Counted from the stretch's first letter, positions 26,071 to 40,935 are shown. The stretch is DNA of 64,000 nt from Eledone cirrhosa (GCA_964016885.1 OZ024743.1:241986001-242050000); one strand, 5' to 3'. Made by a program: numbers and translations. Notes: a model not told the origin generated them from the sequence alone.

Positions 26071-26492
26071 TCTCTCTACGTTAAAGTATTGGGCCTATTC
26101 TTTTGCTTACATGTATTTCACACCAATGAGACAGCACCAGCCTTTCTATCCAAGGCTACCGTCGATCAGGATTCACTAGGAATCTTCTCTCGGAAACGTT
26201 TCTCTCTAAGGAGCAAACCCGGGGAAGGATAATATTTATAGAAGTCAGTATTTCTCTCTCGGCATAAAAGATGTTGTCCAAGAGAAATGGAAGGATAAAG
26301 CATGGCACCAGTGTCATTGAAACTGAGTACAAAACGTAGAGAACCGGTACAAATACCACATTTTATCTGGCTCTATTGTTTCTGCTAATCCACGCATATA
26401 AAACTACAGCGTTGTTTTCATCTACAGATACTTACATTAAAGCATATATAAGTGCGTTTGCGTGTGCATGATCGTATGTATGCCTGTTTATA

Positions 26493-26560
<68 letters not shown>

Positions 26561-26571
26561 AGCAAAAAGAT

Positions 26572-26765
26572 ATTTAATTTGTTGGTGTATTCAACAAATT
26601 TATTTATAACAGATTCGAAGCACTCTACACATTTTCTGGAGTATAATATCAATGATATTAATAAATGGAAACTAGATTTATAAAACCATATTTATATGAT
26701 AAAATATGTATAAAATAAATATGGTTTTATAAATATAGTTTCCATTTATTAATATCATTGATATA
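26572..26765. mobile_element. Truncated fold-back copy of the 32888-33250 family
   Basis: Shares ATATTAATAAATGGAAACTA.ATTTATAAAACCAT; inverted arms 26644-26695 / 26712-26765; breaks before the hammerhead. Confidence 0.75.
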
Positions 26766-26771
26766 TATATT

Positions 26772-26825
<54 letters not shown>

Positions 26826-26949
26826 TGTGTGTGTATGTATATATATATAGTAAAAAATTGAACGGGAACAAAACAGAGAGGCAGTACGAACAAAGGTTTA
26901 TTAGTTTCACGCTCTTGAGAGTGGGGTGGTGGTGGTGGGGAACAAAAAA

Positions 26950-26987
<38 letters not shown>

Positions 26988-27041
26988 CGAAGGGAGTGTG
27001 GTAAGTAATCAGGTGGACCATATCACACCAAAGTACTCGAT

Positions 27042-27075
27042 GCTGTCGAAACGGCCGGAGCTCAGCCGTCGGGTT
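27042..27075 (+). ncRNA. 3' half of a hammerhead ribozyme (5' half lost at an inversion junction)
   Basis: GCTGTC-GAAA-CGGC CGGAGCTCA GCCG-TC-GGGTT: full stem III and canonical GUC triplet. Confidence 0.55.
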
Positions 27076-27089
27076 CGTGACTCTTTTCC

Positions 27090-27124
<35 letters not shown>

Positions 27125-27147
27125 AATGTATTTATATATATATAATG

Positions 27148-27231
<84 letters not shown>

Positions 27232-27234
27232 GTA

Positions 27235-28327
27235 TCTATATATATAAAACAGAGGATGTCTGTTTGTGTAAATCCCAAAACTCGAGAAGTACCCGACCGA
27301 ATTTTTTCAAACTTTACACATGCGTTACTTATATTTTTTTTAGCAATGGGCTAAAGAAAATTTACTTTTTCTGCCCTAAGACCCGCATTAGGCGAAAAAC
27401 CGCATATTTTAAGCTTTCTTTTGAGGCGATTCCTCGAAATTTGCAGCACACATTAGTTAGTCCCCTCGCATTGCTGTGGAATTTCCGATTCCATTAATAG
27501 TTTACGAATTAGTATTGGGCATTACATGCCATTTTCATTTTCAATATAAACGCTACTTAAACATTGTAAGTAGCGTTTAATATTTCGTTAAACATTTGGT
27601 TTATTTAACAGAGGACACAACACTTACTTACTTTTAAGCAGGACCATTTTGGGGGGATTGAGGAAATGAGGAGGACCTTAACATTTTTGTCGGCGCCCTG
27701 TTGACGCTTCGTGCTTTCATCACGCGCAAATCCGGGCCCTGTGTACGTTGCCGTGTTATTGACACCGTAAAACTCACGTCTGTGCTACATCTACTAAAAC
27801 CCATTTTGTTGCACCTACTCCGCAGTATGAACGCCCTGTGCAAGTACGCCGAACAGTGGTTGTGCTAATTCTGCGGTGACCCCTTTTGTCGCACCTTTGT
27901 TGCTGTGTAAACGCAGTGCAACCAGAGCTGCCCAGCGTTTGTGCTAATTGCACTATGACCCCCTTCTGCTGCAGCTGCGTTGCCACGCTGATTTCGTCAT
28001 CTCAATATCCCTACATAACGTACATTCTTACTTTGTTTTCACACAATTGACTACGTCGCTCCTTCAGATGATGTCTGTCCGGATGACTGGGTGCGAATCT
28101 ATAAAACTATTTTAAAGGATATCCAGCTGATTTTCTTCAGATGTTGCACATGCATGGAGATGTTTCACGATTCGGGCCTGCTGGTGTTCTACGTTTCCAG
28201 TAGATGAACAATCATTCCCTGAGAATAAGGGTATTCAAAAAATACACAGCTACATTCCTCGATCTTTGCATATGCATACTGCTATTTCACATTTCCTACT
28301 CCGTGCAACGCCGGGTCCTGCTACTAG
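27235..28327 (+). mobile_element. Non-autonomous Helitron
   Basis: A|TCTATATATATAAAA 5' end, GC-rich hairpin CCGTGCAACGCCGG at 28301-28314, 3' end CTAG|T, no TSD. Confidence 0.8.
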
Positions 28328-28328
28328 T

Positions 28329-28367
<39 letters not shown>

Positions 28368-28390
28368 TGTGTGTGTGTGTGTGTGTGTGC

Positions 28391-28434
<44 letters not shown>

Positions 28435-29030
28435 TGTGCTTGTGCATTGTGTGATGTGCTTGTGCATTGTGTGATGTGCCTGTGCATTATGTGAGTGTCT
28501 CTCTCTGTGTGTGTATGTATGTGTGTGCATAGGTTTGCGTGTGTGAGAAGAGTGCATGTTGGTTGGAAAGTGAGAAATTGAAGAGAAGGCGAAATAATTG
28601 CGTTAGTTGTAGAATGTTTATCCCAATCGTAAATGAACATTTTGAGCAATCACTAATGTTCTGTGACCCATCCCTTTAACAAGCTGCCGCTAATCAGGAT
28701 TATCTAGTAATTATGCCGCTGTCAGTTTCCATGAAGACCACTTCTTACTCATCATCAACAAAATTCATTTTAATTGCAACACTGCGCTTTTGCGTCTCTG
28801 TTTTGACCACTCACTGCAAGTAGTAGACAAGAGATTCCAATGTTTAAATGAGCAACGCCGCTCAAACGCCATCTTATGCTCTCCTTCATTTTCCCATCAG
28901 CATAGTCTGAAAAGTACTCACCTCGTTTTGATTAGCTCTCTCGTGTTATTTTTGGACTTATACTCACGCATATTAACACACCTACACACACAAACATACA
29001 AACAGACACATATATATATATATCATATAC

Positions 29031-29096
<66 letters not shown>

Positions 29097-29609
29097 ATGT
29101 ATATATATATATATATTTATATGTGTGTGTGTGTACAGACATACATACGTGCATTCATATATGTATGTACGTGTGTGGGTGTATTCACGTATGTATGCAA
29201 GTATAACCAAGTATATCGATGTGGACATATGTGGATGCGTGTATACGTTTCTGTTTGTTTGCGCATGCGTGTTGCTGTTGTTCTTTATTTTTTTGTTCAA
29301 TGCATTTCTTGTTTTTTTTTCTTTTTCTTTTCTTTTCTTTTTCTTTCTCTCTGTTCTTTGTCCTCTTTCTCCGTGTCTTTACGTTACATTTTCATTTCAA
29401 TGTAAACCTATTTCTTAAGAATCAGACCTTTCCGAAACAATTTCCCTCCATCTTCCGCTATTTACATTCTATCACCTCCTTTCATCCATTCGTTTATTTA
29501 GCCAACCATTCATCTCTACATATCTATCTATCTATCTATTTATCGATCTATCTACCTCTCTCTCTCTGTCTCTCTCTCTCTCTCTATATATATAATATAT
29601 ATATATATT

Positions 29610-29681
<72 letters not shown>

Positions 29682-29889
29682 TAACTATTTAGTTATCGAT
29701 CGATCGATCTATCTGTCTGTCTATATTTACCTACCTACCTATTTATCTATATATCTACCTACCTATTTATCTATATATCTATCTATATATGTATCTATAT
29801 ATCTATCATATCTATCTATCTATCTATATACCTATCTATCTATCTATTTATCTATCTATTTACCTACCTATCTATATATCTATCTATTT

Positions 29890-29957
29890 TTATGTAAACT
29901 CCCCCTATTGTACTTGTCCCACATTTTGATGCCCTGGTGGCAAATAAAAAGAAAATT
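29890..29957 (+). mobile_element. Tx1 extreme 3' fragment inside (TATC)n
   Basis: TATGTAAACTCCCCC...TTGATGCCCTGGTGGCAAATAAAAAGAAAATTA matches the reverse complement of 5810-5877. Confidence 0.85.
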
Positions 29958-30097
29958 ATCTATCTATCTATCTATCTATTTATCTATCTATCTACGTGTC
30001 TATCTATTTATATGTATTGATCGATCGATCTCTATTTATCTGTCTCTCTATCTATTCATTCGTTACCTATGTATACATATTCATGTCCCTGCCTCTA

Positions 30098-30172
<75 letters not shown>

Positions 30173-31176
30173 GTAGTTGTTAGTTCTCTATACACACATC
30201 ACTACCTCTCTCTCTCTATGTGATTTAGCTAATTAGTTAGAAAGCCATGTCATCATCCATTCATCTATCGATTACTCTATGTATTTTCACATCAAACAAT
30301 TCTAATTATATATATATATATATGTTTGTGTGTGTGTGTATATGTATACGTACATATATATACAAACATACATACATACATACATACATTGTCGCTCTCA
30401 AACCCAGACATAGAGATCGTGGATGTGACACACAAACACACACACGCGCGCGCGCGCACGCGCAGTCACACACACATATATATATATATATATGGAAATT
30501 GATATATAAATACATACACACATATATACATACAAACATACATACATACATGCATGCATACATACATACACACATACATACATCCGGACATACATACACA
30601 CATACATACACACCTACGGACATACATACACACACACATACATACATACATACATACATACATACATACATACATACATACATCCGGACATACATACACA
30701 CATACATACACACCTACGGACATACATACACACATACATACATACACACATACATACATACATACATGCATACACACATACATACATACATACATACATA
30801 CATACATACATACATACATACATACATACATACATACACACATACATACATCCGGACATACATACACACATACATACACACCTACGGACATACATACACA
30901 CATACATACGTACATACATACACACATACATACATACATACATACATACATACATACATACATACATACATACATACATACATACATACATGCAATATAA
31001 ACGGTAAAGACCTCCTTCGGCCACAAATGAGCATGGGATTTACACCTAGAAAGTTCCCTTCCAAATCACAATCTCAAGTAAAGTGTTTTTATGGAAGACC
31101 AGCAGTGACCCATGCTTACCAATTTCCCCTCTCCACGCCAGTGATGTTGTCCAATGGAAAGACAAAGACTTGGTAC

Positions 31177-31338
31177 CTTTATTGTTGCCTAATTACATAA
31201 TACGTATTTCTGTAACCAACTTACGTCATTATAGCATGATGCAGGACAATTGGCTATGTCATCAGATGGCATGGTCATGATCTGATGAGGTAAGCCGGCA
31301 ACTGAAATACGTTTTACGTAATTATGTAACAATAAAAG
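31177..31338. mobile_element. Diverged fold-back insert with hammerhead-like core at 31282-31315 (+)
   Basis: CTGATGA-GGT...ACT-GAAA-TACGTT-TT; the opposite arm keeps palindromic GAAA-TACGTA-TT; stem I weak. Confidence 0.55.
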
Positions 31339-31677
31339 AAGTTATTAAAAGCCGGCCTTCTCATATTTTCATTGAAGTATTTAACTCCGTTCCAGTACCT
31401 ACCATGAGATACCTCATATATGACAAAAATACCCATTACGTCGAGTGCTTTTGCTTATCGCATCATGATCTGTTAATTGCTGAATTAGTGCTACCGCCAA
31501 TTAAATACATAAATATATATATATATAGTAATCAGTTAGTAGTGTGTTGCTAAAATTAAATATATATATATATATAAACGTTTGTATATGTATAATAAAG
31601 CCAAAACAATGCAGGTATGGACATAGAATAAAGAATGCAAATGCAAAAGATATTGTTGACTATAACTTCCTCCTTTC

Positions 31678-31716
<39 letters not shown>

Positions 31717-32585
31717 AATGTGTGTATGTGTGTGTATGCTCACATATATAGAGAAATGAGAGCAACATTCTTCCTTTCTCTACACGATAATTACTTATTA
31801 ATGATAAAATGTCGATATATTTAAACGGGTTATGTACTTTGGCCTGACTGAACCAATGTGGCAAATTCTGGGTAGCTCAAGAATTTCACCTATATACAGA
31901 TACACACGCAAACGCAAGCACATACACACACACACACAGACACATATATATGTGTGTGTGTGAGTGTGTGTTTGTGTGTAAACATATATATATATGCATA
32001 TATGTGTGTGTGTATGGTTATGTGTATGTATATGTATATGTATGTATATATGTATGTAAATACGTGTAAGTATGTATGTATGTATATATGTATATATGTA
32101 TATATGTATGTAAATATGTGTATGTATGTATGTATGTTGTTATGTGTATGTATATATGTATATATGTATGTATGTATGTAAATGTGTATATATGTATGTA
32201 TCTATGTATGTTGTTATGTGTATGTATATATGTATATATGTATGTATGTAAATGTGTATATATGTATGTATGTATGTAAATATGTGTATGTATATATGTA
32301 TGTCTGAATGTATGTATGTATACATATATGTATACATATATCTATATACATATATCTATATATATATATGTAAATATGTGTATGTATGTATGTGTGTATG
32401 TATGTATATATGTATACATATATGTATATATGTAAATATGTGTATGTATATATACATGTATGGCTGCTTCTCTGGCTACACATCTTTTGTGTATTGATCG
32501 ATCATTTTATCCACATTTAGATCCATTCACTAACATAACTTCATCTATATGTCTATACCAGTCTTTCAAGTCTTCCACATATATC

Positions 32586-32690
<105 letters not shown>

Positions 32691-32887
32691 GCTCTCAAAA
32701 TCTATATCTATATCTTTCTCTCCCCTGCTTTAACTCTCTCTTTCTCTCTCCCTCACATCAACTATTGATATTTATCTCTCGCTCTCTTTCTCTTTCTACA
32801 TTTACGAATCTTTATATATCATCTTACCACATACCTATCTATCTACCTATCGGTATACCCCATACACACACCTATATATATATATAT

Positions 32888-33250
32888 AATATATTAATAA
32901 ATGGAAACTATATTTATAAAACCATCATTATTTTATTATATATATTTCAAGGCAACCAAGGCAGCGTTTGGTGCGCTTTCATCAGATAAAATAGTCAGCG
33001 AATTTTCAACCGTCAAGGTTGTTTTCCACGGTTACCTCACTATTTATAAAACACATTTTGTATTTTATCTAATGAAAGCGCACCAAGACTGCCTTGAAAT
33101 ATATATAATAAAATAATTATGGTTTTATAAATATAGTTTCAATTTATTAATATATTAAATATTTACTCCAGTATACTGCTGAGTGCTCTATATCAGTTAT
33201 ACACTATTAAGTTTGTTGGAATCCCAACAAATTAAGTATAAATTCTGCCT
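32888..33250. mobile_element. Fold-back element with hammerheads, in (TA)n
   Basis: Arms 32888-32993 and 33061-33157, plus a unique tail. Confidence 0.8.
32930..32992 (-). ncRNA. Type I hammerhead ribozyme (mirror copy 33062-33114 has mutant core CTAATGA)
   Basis: ATTTTAT-CTGATGA-AAG C GCACCAA...TTGGTTGC CTT-GAAA-TATATA-TA-ATAAAAT: 7-bp stem I, intact core. Confidence 0.87.
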
Positions 33251-33658
33251 ATATATATATGCGTGTGTGTGTGTGTTTGTGTATGTGTGTGTGTAGGTAA
33301 TACAGGTAATTAAAAGTTGAACAAACAGCGGATTTATAAATAGGAGTGTATATAAAAGCATATATATACGATATGTTTATGTATAATACACATGCAAGGG
33401 TCCCGCTTTGAATTGGTTTAAAGCTGAGCGTTGTGAATGCCAGACAACTGTTTGTCATAACAATCTAGAAACAGCTATCTGGATTTGGCTGTATGTTTAA
33501 GGTGTTCACTTCACAACGATGTTGTTTCCAGTGCCTCAGATGCACTGTCACACCTTAGGCTATTTTAATATTGCTTCGGTTAGCAATGTCTTATACGTGA
33601 AATTGGGTGGATGTTTAACTGGGTAGAAACACCCTCGTATATGTAAATATGTATGTAT

Positions 33659-33707
<49 letters not shown>

Positions 33708-33739
33708 CGTGTGTGTGTGTCTGTGTGAGTGTGTTGTTC

Positions 33740-33893
33740 TTTTACGTCCCGTAACTTAACGGTTTAACAAATGTGATTGATAGAGGATGTACTCGACTTA
33801 ATAAGAGTACTGGGGCCTATGTGATCAACTATAACCCTTCGACAAAGTGCCTCAGAGCTGCCGTAGTTTAATGACTTGAAGCCAATAAAATAA
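33740..33893 (+). mobile_element. Degenerate SINE-like 3' body/tail of a second family
   Basis: TTACGTCCCGTAACTTA...GTACTGGGG...GCCGTAGTTTAATGACT...A-rich end; recognised by resemblance only. Confidence 0.45.
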
Positions 33894-33904
33894 TATATAT
33901 ATAT

Positions 33905-34063
33905 GACGTACATTGGTAGAGCGTCAGACACCACGCTTTAGAGCATAGAGTTCAAATTCCGCCGAGGTTAACTTTGGCTTTCATCTTTACGGAGTCGATA
34001 AAATAAAGTACCAGTAATACAGTGGAATAATTGCTGGCCTTGTGCCAAAAGTAGAAACAATTA
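33905..34063 (+). mobile_element. tRNA-derived SINE
   Basis: B-box GAGTTCAAATTCC, same core and tail. Confidence 0.85.
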
Positions 34064-34083
34064 TATATATATTTGTGTGTGTT

Positions 34084-34128
<45 letters not shown>

Positions 34129-34595
34129 ATGTGTCTGTGTGTGTGTGTTTGTGTATATATATATATATGTGTGTGGGTGGGTGTATGAGAGAAATGAGTA
34201 AAGATCGAGTGTAAAAGGATAAGAACAGAGACAACGAAACGTTAGAAATTACAGGGAGAAAGTAAAACGAACAGAAAATAGGAACAAAGAAACAAGGAAC
34301 TTCCCATCATCAACTACTCATCGTGGAATATCATTGTTGTTTTGCGAGCACGCTACACTGTGTGTGTGTGGGGGGGGGGTACGCACGTGTGTGTGTGTGT
34401 GTGTGCATGTGTGTGTGTTTGTGTGTTTAAGTATATATATATATATATATATATATATACTTAAACACACAAACACACACACACACACACACACACTCGC
34501 GCACACACACCTATATATATATATCACTTTGTTCTTATCTCTCTATCTATTAATCTATCTATCCAATTACCTCTCTCTCTCTCTATCTCTCTCTC

Positions 34596-34631
<36 letters not shown>

Positions 34632-34739
34632 TACTCTGCTCTACATATATATATATATATATATATATGTATCTTTCTAGCTAGCAAGCTATCCACCTCT
34701 ATCTGTCTATCTATATCTATCTATATATCTATCAGTCTA

Positions 34740-34818
<79 letters not shown>

Positions 34819-35495
34819 CTGTAAACATTCTCCACATTTATCCATCTAACCACCCAGCAATAATGGAGTAAGCGATGCAAGGCACGGCTTAATGTCAGAG
34901 AACATTGCTCAAAATTTCGTAAACCATTCTCAGATGCTGAACTAAAAGCGAATATTTGTTATTCTGTTCAGGACCTACAAAAAAATCCCTCCACGATATT
35001 CTAGCGCTATTTTTCTTTCTTTGTTCTCTCTGTGTTTGCTTTTTACTTTATTTGTTGATATATATATATTTTTTTTCGTATGTTTTTGTTGATAATAGGG
35101 TGTATTGTGGGTGGGGGGTTGGTATTCCTTTTTCTATTGCGAATAACAAAAATGTGATGTGGTGAAATTTCAATACGGAAACTAATGTTGGTAGTATGGT
35201 TATTGGAATTCAATACAAACTGAGACAATACAATACACATGCATATATACACACACATACACATCCACACATACATATATACACTGCACGCACACATTAA
35301 CATACACACAAATACATTCGTAGATATTCGCCAATTCATAAATACACACGCAAGCCTATTTGAAACCATTCATACACACACTGACACACATATATATGTG
35401 TGTTTGTACGCGTGGTGTGTGTGAATATAGGATTCCCGCCCAGGATGAAGCAGTTAATCACTGAGGGGCATCAAAATTTCAAACATAAACAATTG

Positions 35496-35555
<60 letters not shown>

Positions 35556-35594
35556 ATATGTCTTTATATATATATATGTATGTATATATGTATG

Positions 35595-35667
<73 letters not shown>

Positions 35668-35687
35668 GTATATATATATATATATAC

Positions 35688-35731
<44 letters not shown>

Positions 35732-35743
35732 ATATATATATAA

Positions 35744-35822
<79 letters not shown>

Positions 35823-36362
35823 CATATATACATACATCCTTGCATACCATACATACATACAGACACACATACATACATGCATACATACATATATAAACAC
35901 ACATACATACAGACACACATACATACATACATACATACATACATACATACATACATACATACATACATACATACATACATACATACATACATACATACGT
36001 ACATACATACATACCTGTGTGTTTGCGTGTGTGTGTGTGAGTACGTGTTTATATGAGTATGGCTCTATACATCAATGTGTACATGTGGATGTGGATGTGT
36101 AGAGAATGGAGTATTGGCATAAAGAGATATATAGAACAGGGACGAAAATAAGGGAAAGAGAGTGGAGGCGGAGATTTTAAGGAAAAAGATATTTAAATAT
36201 AGGAAAAGCAGACGAGGAGAGGTTGGAGGTATATAGAAAGACATGAACGAATAAAATCGAAGATTAAAACATATTATAGTGATACAGAGAGGGGATCAGA
36301 AATGGTAAATACAAAGGAACTCGTGTAAATATGAAGCTAGCTAGCTAGATAGATAGAGTGAC

Positions 36363-36407
<45 letters not shown>

Positions 36408-36418
36408 GATAGATAGAT

Positions 36419-36913
36419 ATGTTTCTTTATTAGCCACAAGGGCACAAAAGAAGGGGACAAATACAAAGGGGGAAGTTTAAATACAATAAAAACGTGTAAA
36501 ATGTTATCACAAATGCAATTTAAAAACTTAGTCGATTTTCCCCAATAGGGGGAGACAGTTTATATGGGTAACACATACCCCCGAAAAAATGTGCAACCCT
36601 CATCTCCAGGAGTACGAAGAGTTTGTACTCCTTTCCTCTCCTCCTCCTTTTCCTCAACCTACAGGCTGATATAGAGAGAAGGCCCATTCACTCGGGCCAT
36701 TCTCGCCACTTTCACCCACCTTTCATAAAACTTGCTGGGGTACAGCACCTCTCTCTCGATCCTGATTCTTCTTCCAAAGTGGTATTTGAAAAAAAGAATA
36801 AGTTGTTGGCCGGAGAGAAAGGTGTCTGACTTCAGCCCTTTCAACCTTGTCCACCATACAACCTCTTTCGCCACAGCTATCACACAAAGGAAAACCGCCT
36901 CTCCTTCGTTTTT

Positions 36914-36915
<2 letters not shown>
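36419..36915 (-). mobile_element. 5'-truncated Tx1 copy (ORF2 C-terminus + 3' UTR) flanked on both sides by (GATA)n
   Basis: KNEGEAVFLCVIAVAKEVVWWTRLKGL...ERWVKVARM matches copy 2; AATAAA at the 3' end. Confidence 0.9.
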
Positions 36916-36946
<31 letters not shown>

Positions 36947-36964
36947 GTAGGTAGGTAGGTAGAT

Positions 36965-37100
36965 ATATTTCTTTATTAGCCACAAGGGCGCACAAGAAAA
37001 GGGGACAAAACAAGGATACATGCCGGGGATTTTACAAACAAATATAACAATCGAAATCCCCAATAGGGGGGAGGCGCCACAAATGAGTTGTTTAATAACC
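36965..37100 (-). mobile_element. Second Tx1 3' UTR fragment abutting (GATA)n
   Basis: TTTCTTTATTAGCCACAAGGGC...GGGGACAAA...CCCCAATAGGGGG. Confidence 0.82.
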
Positions 37101-37106
37101 TCTAGT

Positions 37107-37206
<100 letters not shown>

Positions 37207-37416
37207 GGAAAACGTGGAGTTCGGTGTAGATTTTAAAGTGTCCTTTATTAACAAAGGTGTGATACATATTTCAATGACGACCTTGGCTACGTGATTGTTC
37301 AATCATGTAACTGGTCATGCGATCTCATTAGACAGCATCGTACACACACACATATATATATATATATATGTACATATATACAGTATATATATACATATAT
37401 ATATATATATACAATG

Positions 37417-37534
<118 letters not shown>

Positions 37535-37914
37535 TGTATATATCATAAAAAGCATAGTGGGGAATGGTGGCAACGCTTTCGCTTTCCTGCCATTGTAAAA
37601 AGCCAATATGGCTCATTATATGTAAACAACATGATATGGAATGATTTGGAGCGTTGAGTGTGTAAATATTTCGCAAAATCGTATGAATCTCAAAGGCGGA
37701 AACAGCTGTAAAACAGCCAGCTGCTTCGACAGTAAAGTGTCGGAATAAACAAAATTTCTTAATGAACAGAAGATCGGACAGAGAAGAGGGTGAGAGAAAA
37801 GAGAGAAAAGGTCAGGAGAAAGAGAGAACAAAGGAATGGAGCGTATAGTATGTGATAAGAGATGGGAGAGAAAAGGAAAGAGGGAATGAGTGTGATAGAG
37901 CATATATGTTGACA

Positions 37915-38097
37915 GAGCGGTATCGGTGGAAGGTCGGACGTCATGCTTTGAGGCAAAGAATTACGCCCCTTGACGGTCTCAGTTCGAATCCCGCCGAGGT
38001 TAACTTTGTCCTTCATCCTTACGGGGTCGATAAAATAAAGTACCAGTAATGCACTTGGGAAATTGTTGGCCTTCTGCCAAAAGTAGAATCAATTATT
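37915..38097 (+). mobile_element. tRNA-derived SINE
   Basis: B-box AGTTCGAATCC, same core and tail. Confidence 0.85.
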
Positions 38098-38332
38098 TTT
38101 AAAAAGCCACCCACCCCATCAACTACCACCAGACAGCCATCTATAGATAACCAGAACAGACCTATTGTATTTTACATTCTTGATGATTTCATACGAATGA
38201 AACAGTTTTACTCCCGTAAGAGTCATGTCTATATATAATAAAGAAGCCTATACTCTATCTACGTATTGAGTACCTTGTTTAACTGTGGTTATCTCCCCAT
38301 CCCTGGAATCTAGGTATATATATTATAAGTAT

Positions 38333-38422
<90 letters not shown>

Positions 38423-38450
38423 TGTATGTATGTATGTATGTATGTATGTA

Positions 38451-38884
38451 TGTATTTGAATTTCGTACTTGTAAAGAAATACGGTATGTTTATAAATAAA
38501 CATTTATAAAGCCATAGCTATGAATAATACACTGGCAGCTAACGCCACCAAGCGGTGCTCGGCAGAAGCAAGAGGGACAATCGTTGATGCATTTCGAACT
38601 GATCTGGTCTCATCAGGACGATCTCTGCCGCTCTTGCAACTGCTGGACTTTGAAAACAGGCGAGAATATATAGTTTTCTCGTCTGTGTAAATGAGGTGAT
38701 TAATTTCATTTCCATATGAAGCTGTATAAGTCGGCTCAACTTATAATAGAATAGAATTAGGATTTAGCTTCGAACATAGCTGTATACAGATATGTATTTG
38801 AATTTCGTATGTCTAAAGAAATCCGGTATGTTTATAAATAAACATTTAGAAAGCCATAGCTATGAACAACACACTGGTAGCTAA
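38451..38884 (-). mobile_element. Partial-tandem element (342-bp unit, ~92-bp redundancy) containing one hammerhead
   Basis: 38451-38542 repeated at 38793-38884. Confidence 0.75.
38579..38623 (-). ncRNA. Minimal type I hammerhead ribozyme
   Basis: GATCGTC-CTGATGA-GACCAGATCAGTTC-GAAA-TGCA-TC-AACGATT; palindromic ATGCAT stem III; one mismatch at the base of stem I. Confidence 0.8.
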
Positions 38885-39879
38885 TCTGTCCCTACTTGCT
38901 CATAATAGGTAGAGATGGGGAGAGCGAGAGTGGCGGAGGCAGTGATAATGAGAGTTCCATTGTATTCGGACCTGGTGTGTATTCACAGTTGTATATACCA
39001 ACAATGGTTGTATATACTTCTGTAACGATAGCATTTCTATAATGATAGCCGTGTGCAGTAAAGTCTTATTCTGGATATAGTCTGTCCGTATAGTGAAGAT
39101 GAGATTTTCTTTGTTATGTAGGGCATCAAACTGTGGGTTATCTTTTCTTGTCTCATTGCGTCAACACTTTACATAAATTTGCAGAATACTCCGTTCCTAA
39201 AACGATATTTGATATTGATATTGTGTCGGATCGATAAAACAAATATTATCATCTTTATTGTTGTTTTGTTGTTGAAGGTGGAACTGTTGTTATTGAAGTC
39301 GTTTCATCGATGTTCATCGAACCTTTTATATATATTTATATCAGAGGACAACAATGTTTAGTGTATCGGAGACAGTTCTATATTGTAGGCTATAGATCAT
39401 CGCTAGTGTTGTCTAGCAGTTTAAGATATATTTTATGGTAGGCCGATAATTCTTCACTATTGTTGTTGTTTAGTCTATTTCTAATTTTGACTTGTAACTC
39501 CTAGTGGGGTCATAGGGACGCGGCTGTAAGATACGGAGTTTCTCGGGCACCTTTTAAACCTGGCGGAGCCATGTCTGAATAGAGTCGCTTTCTTCCAGAG
39601 AAAGAGAGGGACCGATAGAGGGGAAACAGGAAAAAAAACATAGAGGAAGAATCGACCCTAGTATTGGACTGATATTTGTTCTATTGACCTCAAAAGGATA
39701 AAAGGCAAAGTTCTCCTTGCAGAGAATTGTATTCAGGGCACAGAGTCTGAACAAACACCACAAAGCATTCTATATCACCTTCTAACGACTCAACCAATTC
39801 GCTGTCTTCGTGACAGTTATATATATCAGGTTGCTGGATCGTTGTTATTATTGTTGTTATCTAACAGTTCAAAGGGCAT

Positions 39880-40665
39880 TTAGACAGTTATATACGGTAA
39901 ACTGATAGTCTATTGCTGCTGTTGATGTTGTGGTTATCTAGAACTTCCAGATATATTTAGACAGTTATATACGGTAAACTGATAGTCTATTGCTGCTGTT
40001 GATGTTGTGGTTATCTAGAACTTCCAGATATATTTAGACAGTTATATACGGTAAACTGATAGTCTATTGCTGCTGTTGATGTTGTGGTTATCTAGAAGTT
40101 CCAGATATATTTAGACAGTTATATACGGTAAACTGATAGTCTATTGCTGCTGTTGATGTTGTGGTTATCTAGAAGTTCCAGATATATTTAGACAGTTATA
40201 TACGGTAAACTGATAGTCTATTACTGCTGTTGATGTTGTGGTTAGCTAGAAGTTCCAGATATATTTAGACAGATATATACGGTAAACTGATAGTCTATTG
40301 CTGCTGTTGATGTTGTGGTTAGCTAGAAGTTCCAGATATATTTAGACAGATATATACGGTAAACTGATAGTCTATTGCTGCTGTTGATGTTGTGGTTAGC
40401 TAGAAGTTCCAGATATATTTAGACAGTTATATACGGTAAACTGATAGTCTATTGCTGCTGTTGATGTTGTGGTTAGCTAGAAGTTCCAGATATATTTAGA
40501 CAGTTATATACGGTAAACTGATAGTCTATTACTGCTGTTGATGTTGTTGTGGTTAGCTAGAAGTTCTAGATATATTTAGACAGATATATACGGTAAACTG
40601 ATAGTCTATTGCTGCTGTTGATGTTGTGGTTAGCTAGAAGTTCCAGATATATTTAGACAGTTATT
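39880..40665 (+). repeat. Satellite array A, 77-bp unit, ~10 copies
   Basis: TAGACAGTTATATACGGTAAACTGATAGTCTATTGCTGCTGTTGATGTTGTGGTTA(T/G)CTAGAA(C/G)TTCCAGATATATT. Confidence 0.96.
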
Positions 40666-40669
40666 TACT

Positions 40670-40838
40670 ATATATAACTTTCTAAATACAGCTGGAACTG
40701 TTAGATAACAACAATTACAACAACAACTACTACAACAACAACAACAACAACAGCAACAACAGCAACAGCAAGGGTCTATCAGTTTTCCATATATAACTGT
40801 TTAAATAGATCTGGGACTGTTAGATAACAATGACAATG

Positions 40839-40935
<97 letters not shown>

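Noticed and set aside
37640-37720. GAAA-CAGCTG-TA palindromic half-site
   Set aside because: No CTGAnGA core or convincing stem I upstream.
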